Positions 16,413 through 24,759 of a stretch of DNA of 64,000 nucleotides are shown piece by piece. The number at the start of each line of letters is the position of its first letter. Within the stretch, counting starts at the first letter, position 1. This DNA is from Patescibacteria group bacterium (lineage in GTDB: Bacteria; Patescibacteriota; Patescibacteriia; PEXW01). The position numbers and the translations under genes are program-made. The stretch lies in contig JBAZBR010000001.1 of the NCBI GenBank assembly GCA_041671325.1, forward strand, positions 25,771 through 89,770, in the 5' to 3' direction. Below the pieces are notes generated by a model. The model saw only the letters and a list, made by a program, of their open reading frames with translations. It did not search any database and was not told where the DNA came from.

Positions 16413-17511
16413 ATGCCCGCAATCCTTAACCAAATCCAAGACCTCCAGTCGAAGCTTGTTTCGACTTGGAGGTTACTTTGACCTTGATCAGAAAAAACAA
16501 AAGCTTTTAGAACTGGACGACCAGATGAGTCAGCCGGACTTTTGGTCAGATACTCTCAAAGCAAAGGCCATCAGCCGTCAGGCCGAAGGAATGCGTAATG
16601 AAATCCAAGCCTGGACCGAATTGCAGAAGCATTTGGCGGATTTGTCGCAGTTTGCGCAAGAAGCCAAAGCCGAAGTTGATTTGCAAGCGGAAATTGAAAA
16701 AAAGTTTTTAGACTTAAAACTACAATTTGAAAAATTAGAATTCCAGGTATTGCTGGCTGGTAAGCATGATGAAAAAAATGCAATTTTCGCCATCCATGCT
16801 GGAACCGGCGGGGTTGATGCTCAGGATTGGGCGGAAATGCTTTTGCGCATGCTTTTGAGGTTTTGTGAAAAAAAAGGCTGGATGGCCAAAGTTGTGGACG
16901 AAGCCAAAGGCCAGGAAGCCGGCATTAAAAGCGTGACCGTGATTGTTGAGGGCAGATATGCTTATGGTTATTTAAAGTCCGAAGCCGGTGTCCACCGCTT
17001 GGTCAGGATTTCACCCTATGATGCGGAAAAAATGCGCCACACCTCTTTTGCCTTGGTTGAAGTCTTGCCGGAGTTTGAGGAAATTGAAGAAATGCCCATT
17101 GATGAAAAAGATTTGCGGATTGATACTTTTCTATCATCCGGCCATGGTGGCCAAAGCGTGCAAACCACTTATTCAGCAGTCAGGGTTGTCCATCTGCCAA
17201 CGAATATTGTGGTGACCTGCCAAAACGAAAGGTCGCAAAAACAAAACAAGGAAACTGCCATGAAAATTTTGCGGGCAAAATTGCACCAAATTTCCTTTAA
17301 TAAGCAGCAAGCGGAAAAACAGGAATTGCGCGGGGCTTATAGCGAAGCCGCCTGGGGCAACCAGATCCGCAGTTATGTGCTTCAGCCTTATAAATTAGTA
17401 AAAGACCATCGTTCCGAAGTGGAAAGCCACCAGCCAGACGAAGTCTTGAATGGGGATTTGGACAAGTTTATTGAGGGTTATTTGCGCTGGTCAACCGCCA
17501 GAAATCAATAA
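16413..17511 (+). CDS. prfB: Peptide chain release factor 2 with programmed +1 frameshift (join 16413..16478, 16480..17511)
   Basis: Frame-0 MPAILNQIQDLQSKLVSTWRLL ends at CTT TGA C preceded by GGAGG-tta; downstream frame has SPF/GGQ-type RF2 body; the track ORF starts artificially at TTG 16456. Confidence 0.85.
16466..16482 (+). promoter_or_regulatory. RF2 autoregulatory frameshift site (SD-like GGAGG, 3-nt spacer, CUU UGA C)
   Basis: GGAGGTTACTTTGAC matches the spacing of the E. coli AGGGGGUAUCUUUGAC site. Confidence 0.8.
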
Positions 17512-17609
17512 TTTTTCCTTTGACACCAAGCTTTTAAATAAGGTAAGGTGTTTTTAATGTAAACAAAAATGAAAATTCTTTGACAACTTGAAGAAAGGCA
17601 GGAAAACAA

Positions 17610-19466
17610 ATGTGCGGAATTGTTGGTTATACTGGTTCACAGTCGGCCAAACCGATTTTGATTTCAGGCTTAAAACGTCTTGAATATCGGGGTTATGATT
17701 CAGCTGGTATTGCGGTTCTTAAGGACGGTAAAATTGAAGTCATCAAGCAAGTTGGATCAGTCAGCGCTCTGGATTCTGCGGCTTTAGCGTTTGATCAACC
17801 GGATATCATAACTGGCATTGCTCACACGCGTTGGGCGACTCACGGTGAACCCAACGATGTTAATGCCCATCCGCATTGCGGCTGTGGAGAAACCATATTG
17901 GCATGCAAGTTAAAGGTGGTCTTAGTCCATAATGGGACCATCGAAAATTTTGAATCGCTTCGGCAGGCAGTAATTGAACGCGGTCATGTAATAACTTCTG
18001 AAACCGATTCAGAAATTTTGGCCCATTTGATTGCCGAAGCTTATGACGGTGATCCATTAAGGACTTTGCGCACTGCTCTTGGTCAAGTCCAAGGGACATA
18101 TGGTTTAGCCGTGTTGTTTGAGGGTATTGATGATCAGATTTTTTTCGCTCGGAATGGTGCACCTCTCGTACTAGGCATAAGCGACCAGGGCAATTTTATT
18201 GCCTCGGATGCAATTGCCTTCAGAGAATTTACTGACCGCATGGTTAACATCCAGGATGGTTGCGTTGGCTGGGTGTCTAAAGACCATCACCATGTTGTAG
18301 ACATGAATGACGTGCCATTAGCAAGTGTTATTGAATCCGTCCCTTTTTCCTTGGAAGCTGCAGACAGGGGTCGACATGATCACTTTATGAAGAAAGAGAT
18401 TGGCGAACAGCCATTAACTTTAGCCAATGCATTACAAGGCCGACTTTTACCAAATGGCAAGGTCAAGCTTGGTGGTTTGGACTTGAATGCTGACATCTTG
18501 AGAACGATTGAAAGTCATGGTTTTGTCGGCGCCGGGACTTCCTTAAACGCCGGTATGATCGCCAAGATCTTGTTTCAAGAAATCGCTGAAGTCCATGCTG
18601 ATTGGGAAAACGCTTCAGAATTGGCAAACCAGAGGTGGCCTAAGTTCCGGGACAATACTGCGTTTTGGGCTATAAGCCAATCTGGTGAAACCCAGGACTT
18701 GATTGAGGCCATCAAAACCATTTTACGGCAAGAAGTCCAATGTTTTGGGATTGTTAACAAGGTTGGTAGCGTAATTGCCAGAATGGTTGGTAAAGGCGTG
18801 TATATTCATGCTGGCTTAGAAATAGGCGTAGCATCAACCAAGGCTTTTACTAATCAGGTTATTACCCTGACCTTGATCGCGCTTTATCTCCGGCAAATTC
18901 GTGGTCTAGAACGGGCATCTTGGGTAGACCGGATAATCTTTGACTTGCACAAACTTCCCGAGCTGGTAGGTCAAATTCTTGCTCGCGAAGAGCAGATTAT
19001 TGCTGCTGCTGAGAAGTATGCTGGTTATCCGAACTTCTTGTATCTTGGGCGGGGGTTAAATTACCCAGTGGCTTTGGAAGGTGCTTTGAAACTTAAGGAA
19101 ATCGCCTATGTTAATGCGATTGGCTATTCAACTGGCGAAATGAAACACGGGCCAATAGCCTTAATCGATGGTGGTTTCCCGACTATGGTTATCGCGCCAA
19201 AACAGGATAATTTTTATGCGCGGATCGTTACCAACATCAACCAGATTCGCTCGCGGCATGGCCGGATAATCGCGGTTGCAACTGACGGCGATGAAGGCAT
19301 ATGCAATTGCGTGAATGATGTCATTTGGATTCCGCCAGTTGACTATTTCCTGAGCCCAATCTTAGCGGTGGTGCCGTTACAGCTTTTTGCCTACCATATC
19401 GCTCGGATACGAGGCCTTGATCCAGACCAGCCTCGTAATTTGGCCAAAAGCGTTACGGTTCATTAA
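17610..19466 (+). CDS. glmS: Glutamine--fructose-6-phosphate aminotransferase
   Basis: N-terminal MCGIVGY, SIS domains, C-terminal ...NLAKSVTVH-like end. Confidence 0.9.
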   Translation: MCGIVGYTGSQSAKPILISGLKRLEYRGYDSAGIAVLKDGKIEVIKQVGSVSALDSAALAFDQPDIITGIAHTRWATHGEPNDVNAHPHCGCGETILACKLKVVLVHNGTIENFESLRQAVIERGHVITSETDSEILAHLIAEAYDGDPLRTLRTALGQVQGTYGLAVLFEGIDDQIFFARNGAPLVLGISDQGNFIASDAIAFREFTDRMVNIQDGCVGWVSKDHHHVVDMNDVPLASVIESVPFSLEAADRGRHDHFMKKEIGEQPLTLANALQGRLLPNGKVKLGGLDLNADILRTIESHGFVGAGTSLNAGMIAKILFQEIAEVHADWENASELANQRWPKFRDNTAFWAISQSGETQDLIEAIKTILRQEVQCFGIVNKVGSVIARMVGKGVYIHAGLEIGVASTKAFTNQVITLTLIALYLRQIRGLERASWVDRIIFDLHKLPELVGQILAREEQIIAAAEKYAGYPNFLYLGRGLNYPVALEGALKLKEIAYVNAIGYSTGEMKHGPIALIDGGFPTMVIAPKQDNFYARIVTNINQIRSRHGRIIAVATDGDEGICNCVNDVIWIPPVDYFLSPILAVVPLQLFAYHIARIRGLDPDQPRNLAKSVTVH

Positions 19467-19476
19467 TTCGTCCTTT

Positions 19477-19506
19477 AAAAACACCCCATTTCAAAGTGGG
19501 GTGTTT
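19477..19506. terminator. AAAACACCCCA-tttcaaag-TGGGGTGTTTT hairpin
   Basis: Perfect palindrome after glmS. Confidence 0.65.
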
Positions 19507-19560
19507 TGACATATTTAAATGTTTCTATTAAATTGATATTGACAAGCGGACGGGCCCTTT

Positions 19561-20949
19561 ATGACCCCTTCTCGCTGGCTTTTCATTACATCCTTTATTA
19601 TATGTGCCGGAATTAGCCTGGTTTATCCAGGAGTTTCTTTGTATCTGAAAGTTTTTTGGTTTAGTTTGGTAATTTTAGTAATTGTTTTTTGGCAAATAGG
19701 CGCTAAAGGTTTTTTTATTGGTGTAATGTTTTTAAGTTTGACCATCTTCCGTACCCAATCTTTTTTAGATTTTGAGCCGTTAGTGGCAACAAATTATGTA
19801 GCAAAAGGGAAGGTAGAGAAAATTTTAGATGAAAGTTTTAACCGGCAAAACATAATTATTGAAAGCCAGAACGGAAATTTACTAGTATCAATAGTCAATC
19901 AGAAAATTAAAATAGGGGATTATGCAGAAATTTTCTGTCAGCAAGTTTCTATACCAAAAATATCGTTTACCAAGATCCGGCAAAACCAACTTTCTGGAGA
20001 ATGCCTGAAACCCGAAATTAAAAAGATTATTCCAAGTAAAATAAACTTCAAGAATATTTTTTACCAAGCTGGCCAAAATTTTTCCGGGAGTTTGCAGAAA
20101 ATTTTACCATTACGAGAAGCTAGTTTGGCAGCAGGCATGACTATTGGCGATACAACCAATTTTTCTAAAGCGGAACTGGATAATTTTCGCAAGACTGGCA
20201 TTAGCCACATTATTGCTGTTTCCGGCTCCAATCTCTCAATTATCCTGATTTTTATTACCTTTGTTTTCCAAAAATATTTTTCCAAAACCCTAAAAATCCT
20301 TTTGATTTCAGGCTTAATTTTTTCGTTTGTAGTTTTGACTGGCGGCGAGGCTTCGATTTTAAGAGCTGCAGTCATGGCTATTTTAGCTTTAATCGTCCAA
20401 AGACTGGGCCGGCCGGTTTCCGGCATTAATTTGCTTTTTACAGCTGGTATAATTTTATTAGTAATCAATCCCAGCCTGCTTTATGACAGCAAAGGCTTTC
20501 AACTTTCTTTTGGTGCGACTTTTGGTTTGATTGCCTTTTCACAAATTTTGGAGAATAAATTTAGCTTTTTGCCTAAAGTTATCAATTCCGTACTTGCCGC
20601 CACTCTAGGCGCAACCTTTGGTACATTAGCAATCTCTTTAATAAATTTTCAACAGGTTTCCATAATTGGGCCTTTGGTAAATATAATAGTCGTACCATTA
20701 GTACCCTGGATAATGGGTCTGGCAATTTTTGTGGGTTTGGTTGGTTTTGTTTTTGTGCCCCTAGCCCAGTTTATTGGTTTAAGCGCTTGGGCTTTACTAA
20801 GGTTCGTGGAAATAACCTCGGATTTTGCTGCACGTTTGCCAGGTGCCAGCTTAATTTTGCCAAGTTGGTTGGCGATTGTCCTAAGTTTATTTATCATAGT
20901 TTTATTGAGCCTAATATTTAAAAAACATGTCAAAACCTTTTTTGCTTAA
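19561..20949 (+). CDS. comEC: ComEC/Rec2 competence channel protein (DUF4131 plus competence domain), encoded separately from the MBL domain
   Basis: Competence-domain motif ISHIIAVSGSNLSIIL; many TM helices. Confidence 0.8.
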   Translation: MTPSRWLFITSFIICAGISLVYPGVSLYLKVFWFSLVILVIVFWQIGAKGFFIGVMFLSLTIFRTQSFLDFEPLVATNYVAKGKVEKILDESFNRQNIIIESQNGNLLVSIVNQKIKIGDYAEIFCQQVSIPKISFTKIRQNQLSGECLKPEIKKIIPSKINFKNIFYQAGQNFSGSLQKILPLREASLAAGMTIGDTTNFSKAELDNFRKTGISHIIAVSGSNLSIILIFITFVFQKYFSKTLKILLISGLIFSFVVLTGGEASILRAAVMAILALIVQRLGRPVSGINLLFTAGIILLVINPSLLYDSKGFQLSFGATFGLIAFSQILENKFSFLPKVINSVLAATLGATFGTLAISLINFQQVSIIGPLVNIIVVPLVPWIMGLAIFVGLVGFVFVPLAQFIGLSAWALLRFVEITSDFAARLPGASLILPSWLAIVLSLFIIVLLSLIFKKHVKTFFA

Positions 20950-21793
20950 ACGCAGAGCCATAATCACTTGCTTGGTGATTATTATTATCAGTTTTGGTAT
21001 TGGCTATTGGCAGAGCTTAGAAAGCAAAGACCTGCGCGTCTGGTTTGCGGATGTGGGCCAGGGTGACGGCATAATCATTCGTACGCCAAATCAATTTAAT
21101 ATCATTATTGATGGCGGACCGAACGTAGATTTTATCAAAACCGTTGATAAGAAATTGCCTTTAACTGACCAAAGTATTGATTTATTGGTTATTAGCCATC
21201 CAGACGCGGATCACATTACGGGTTTGGTCGGCTTATTAAAAGTTAATCGGGTTAAACAAGTTTTAATGACTGATGCCATAAGCACTTCCAATACTTTTAA
21301 AAGTCTGAGCAATTTAATTACTGAAAATCACATTCCGGTCATTAAAGCGGAGGCTGGTCAGGAATTTATTTTTGGTGAAGTGAAGGCTAAAGTCTTGTGG
21401 CCGCCAAAAAATTACCAATTTGATCCCAAAGATTTAAACCAAAGTTCAATAGTTTTGGAAATATCTTATGGTAAGCAAGATTTTTTGTTCACTGGGGACG
21501 CGCCAGAGGATGTGGAATTAAGTTTAATAAATAATAAAGTTTTAAATCCAGTGGAAGTCTTGAAAGTTTCCCATCATGGCAGCAAATCAGCAACCAGCGA
21601 AAATTTATTGAAAATTTCCAAACCCCAATACGCCATCCTTTCCGTTGGTTTGAATAATAAATACGGTCACCCTGCACCTTCAATTGTCAATCGGTTGCAT
21701 ACCTTAGGCATTCAGATGTTTCGGACAGATTACCAAGGTGAGATTTTATTCAAAAGCTCTAAGGATAATTTAATCATTAAAGCCCAAAATTAA
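20927..21793 (+). CDS. ComEC C-terminal metallo-beta-lactamase domain protein (separate ORF, 23-nt overlap in a different frame)
   Basis: HxHxDH motif ISHPDADHITGL; N-terminal TM. Confidence 0.75.
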   Translation: MSKPFLLKRRAIITCLVIIIISFGIGYWQSLESKDLRVWFADVGQGDGIIIRTPNQFNIIIDGGPNVDFIKTVDKKLPLTDQSIDLLVISHPDADHITGLVGLLKVNRVKQVLMTDAISTSNTFKSLSNLITENHIPVIKAEAGQEFIFGEVKAKVLWPPKNYQFDPKDLNQSSIVLEISYGKQDFLFTGDAPEDVELSLINNKVLNPVEVLKVSHHGSKSATSENLLKISKPQYAILSVGLNNKYGHPAPSIVNRLHTLGIQMFRTDYQGEILFKSSKDNLIIKAQN

Positions 21794-21996
21794 AATTTTA
21801 CCGCTATTGACAAAAAGGTCGGGATGTGGTAGCCTGGCTTGTTATAGCCATGGGTCTCCCCGGGTTATAGCTCCAGCCGCAAGGTTGGAAGTTCGTTGAC
21901 AAGTGAATAACGAGTTAATGAATAAATGGGGAAATAACAGAAGTACGTAATATAAAACGGCTTCCGCCTGATGGCGTGGAGTAGGAGGTTTTTTGT

Positions 21997-23616
21997 ATGT
22001 CAGACATGGATCAACCCGATCGTGGGCGAAAAGACCGCGATCGAAACTGGCGTGGCCGAGATCGTCGGCCCTATGGTGAAAACGGCGGTGGGGGGAAGCT
22101 CGCACTGCTGATTTCATCAGCAAAATATGATTCCCAGACGGGGCTCATCACAACCATTGTTACCGCAATGCGCGGCAACAAACCCGCACCTTCGGTGCCG
22201 GTTATACTCCACGTCGACGGAACTAATGTCGACCAAGGTGTTACGGATGCTAGTGGACAAGTTTCCTTTCTCACAAGGAACAGCCTGCCAGCTGGTGAAT
22301 ACCTAATCGCTGTGCGGGCGCAGGGCGAAATTGCCTCTGCCCAGCAAGTTCTCAAGGTTTATGATGAAGCGCCTGTTTCATCTAATGCGCCGGTCATTGA
22401 AGTCGAGTACGTTTCACAATCCAATCCGGACGGCTTTCAAGTCGCACTCTTCATTAGCGTTCTGCGGGGATTAACGCCTGCACGGGATGTGGAAGTGGAC
22501 ATTGAAGGATTCGTCGGTGCCGGAAGATTTCACACTGACCATCGCGGGATGATCGAGGTTGGGTTAACCATTCTCAACCCGAAAGGCGAGCAGAAATTGT
22601 TCGTTCCTTACAGGATCATAATCGAGACACCTGCATATGCAACTTCCCGGGTGCTCACTCTTGAGCGGCCCGAGCCCAAGCGCGTGAAAAGCGCGTCTTT
22701 CAGCAAGGCCATTCAGATATCGCCTGGCGAGTACAGGGCTCGTGCGACCTGCGAGGATGGTGAAGGCAAACCCGTGAAGGGCGCTAAACTTTCCTTGACT
22801 GGTTATGGCGAGCCCGAGTCGCTTGTGACTGACGCTGATGGTGTAGCCGAATTTACGATGAGGTGCGATCCGGATAAACGCAAGACCATCTTTGTCATTG
22901 ATATCCCCAGCGTCGCCAAAAGCGAGGAGTACAATTTGACCGGCCCGCTCAAACTGCGAAAAGCAGAAGCGGGTGGGGCAGGGCGCAGTCTTTTTGGTTC
23001 AATTTTCAGAACCAATAATGGCCGCGCTTGGGTGCTCCTGGGCGTTTGCTTGGCGGTTATGGCTTGGTGGGGACTTGAAGTTTCCGCCTTGGCCACTTCT
23101 TACATGGACCAGCCGGTAGCGAAAGATCTGCGGGTCGAGTTTGACCGCAATCCGGTTGAACAGTCTGTTTACCAGTACGTTGACAACAATCAGCCGCCTG
23201 TGCAACCTGCTCCCATCAAGCGAGACCATCTTTCTTTTTGGGGTTTTGTCCGGTTGACTGGCCTAATGTTGGTGCTGATACTGGCCGTGGTCATTTATTG
23301 GCCGTGGTCGCGTCTGGATGAACTAGGTTTCTTTTTCCAAACCATCTGGGATCGTCTTTCCGACGGTTCCGGTGGAATGGTGAAGGATGAGCAACCAGGG
23401 GTGTTGCGTCGCTTTTTTGAGTCCTATATAAAACGTAACCAGCAGCCTGTTGTGGTGGTTGCGGCTACTGAAGGTGGAACTGTCCCGGTTGCCGCTGCTG
23501 CGCCTGCGCACAGTGGCGGACTAGAGAAGTATGGTCATTGGTTGGCAATCATTCCGTTGCTTATAGCGGAAGTTGCCGACTGGTTTCGCACGCTTTCCAA
23601 AGCAAAAAAAGAATAG
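21997..23616 (+). CDS. hypothetical protein: N-terminal Arg/Asp-rich low-complexity segment, three Ig-like (carboxypeptidase-regulatory-like) repeats, then C-terminal TM helices
   Basis: RBS GGAGG 8 nt before ATG; repeat signatures DASGQVSF / DADGVAEF. Confidence 0.6.
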   Translation: MSDMDQPDRGRKDRDRNWRGRDRRPYGENGGGGKLALLISSAKYDSQTGLITTIVTAMRGNKPAPSVPVILHVDGTNVDQGVTDASGQVSFLTRNSLPAGEYLIAVRAQGEIASAQQVLKVYDEAPVSSNAPVIEVEYVSQSNPDGFQVALFISVLRGLTPARDVEVDIEGFVGAGRFHTDHRGMIEVGLTILNPKGEQKLFVPYRIIIETPAYATSRVLTLERPEPKRVKSASFSKAIQISPGEYRARATCEDGEGKPVKGAKLSLTGYGEPESLVTDADGVAEFTMRCDPDKRKTIFVIDIPSVAKSEEYNLTGPLKLRKAEAGGAGRSLFGSIFRTNNGRAWVLLGVCLAVMAWWGLEVSALATSYMDQPVAKDLRVEFDRNPVEQSVYQYVDNNQPPVQPAPIKRDHLSFWGFVRLTGLMLVLILAVVIYWPWSRLDELGFFFQTIWDRLSDGSGGMVKDEQPGVLRRFFESYIKRNQQPVVVVAATEGGTVPVAAAAPAHSGGLEKYGHWLAIIPLLIAEVADWFRTLSKAKKE

Positions 23617-23628
23617 CGAGGTAATAAA

Positions 23629-24633
23629 ATGAAAGAGTTTTTCAAAAGAAACTGGGCCAGAATCAAGGTTGGTATGGCCTTGACCGCCGCTCTGATTATC
23701 CTGGCGATTTTTTTGGGCCATGTTACCCTGTTGCTGGGAGTAGTGGGGGTTGGTTGGGCAGGGGCGTATGTCTACTTACTGTTCAAGTCTAAATCTCCTT
23801 TTGTCGGCAAGTTGGTGGTTTTGACTATCGTCGCCTTGGTGTGGTTTGCGGCCGTGGTGCCGTTCACCGACCAATGGCTGGGGGTACACATGCCACAGAC
23901 TTTATATGTCTTGCAGATGTTAATACCGCAAGCGGATACCCGTATTGCGCAATCAGGTTACGCCGGCGGGGTTGCCCAAGATGTTCAGCTTATCAACTTT
24001 GCCAAATTCATTGACCAAGTTGATGCGAGCGAATTAAGCGATTCACTTGAACTTTATAAGGTGAAGCGCACGAGGCAGGGTTGGTCTCACGAAGACACCT
24101 TAGCCGTCAATAGTTTGCTCGCTCGCATTGCGAACAGCAAAAAGACGAGTGAACGCATTGCAAAAGGGCTGGCAATAAGCAGTGCTCCCATGCCCCAGGA
24201 CGATGCGAGTTCGATGATTAATTTGGATGTCACCGACAACGACCCCCTGGTCATTACGGTGCCGGCCAATTTCATGCTGGTGATGCGGGTTGAAACTGCT
24301 AATTACATGGCTGATTTTAATACCGAAACCCGGAAAGAACTTTGGTGTGATGCGGACGGCTATCAGGCCAGTCCGAATTTCATCGGTTCTCCGCGGGCCA
24401 ATGATTACCCGGCGCCCGACCTTAACTTCTATGCTTTGATCTATAAGGCAGAGTTTGGGGGCTGGCAGCCGTTGGGAATGCAGGCCAAGCCGACGGTCAT
24501 TAACGATTCCAATCATTCCATTAAAGTCGAAATCACGTTGAACGACGTGAGGAACGGGTTCGGTGGGAACAAAGGAATCGTAAAGATCAAGACTGAAACT
24601 CGTTCAATGGGATCGAGTTACGCCTCGATCTAA
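23629..24633 (+). CDS. hypothetical membrane protein (2-3 N-terminal TM helices plus about 230-aa soluble domain)
   Basis: RBS GAGGTAATAAA before ATG; same GC-rich island. Confidence 0.55.
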   Translation: MKEFFKRNWARIKVGMALTAALIILAIFLGHVTLLLGVVGVGWAGAYVYLLFKSKSPFVGKLVVLTIVALVWFAAVVPFTDQWLGVHMPQTLYVLQMLIPQADTRIAQSGYAGGVAQDVQLINFAKFIDQVDASELSDSLELYKVKRTRQGWSHEDTLAVNSLLARIANSKKTSERIAKGLAISSAPMPQDDASSMINLDVTDNDPLVITVPANFMLVMRVETANYMADFNTETRKELWCDADGYQASPNFIGSPRANDYPAPDLNFYALIYKAEFGGWQPLGMQAKPTVINDSNHSIKVEITLNDVRNGFGGNKGIVKIKTETRSMGSSYASI

Positions 24634-24659
24634 AAAACAAAAAAACAATGAACCTATGA

Positions 24660-24697
24660 CAGGGGACGAACAAATGTTCGCCCCCTTTATTTTTTAT
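24660..24697 (+). terminator. GGGGACGAACA-aa-TGTTCGCCCC hairpin plus T-tract
   Basis: Ends the GC-rich island operon. Confidence 0.7.
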
Positions 24698-24700
24698 TCA

Positions 24701-24714
24701 AAAAATGCTATAAT
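24701..24714 (+). promoter_or_regulatory. Extended -10 promoter TGCTATAAT for the NHL-repeat gene
   Basis: aaaaTGCTATAATgaaag, 45 nt before ATG 24760. Confidence 0.5.
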
Positions 24715-24759
24715 GAAAGTAAGATAAAAATAAAAACTTAAGCATTAAAAAATATTTAT

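Larger units (their letters stand above)
21840..24650 (+). other. GC-rich (~55-60%) compositional island carrying two membrane-associated genes
   Basis: Abrupt GC shift relative to ~35-40% flanks; starts after a promoter at 21813 and ends at terminator 24660-24697. Confidence 0.6.

Noticed and set aside
17512-17609. glmS ribozyme upstream of glmS
   Set aside because: Intergenic space is under 100 nt and lacks the conserved ribozyme core. Only promoter-like TTGACA boxes are present.
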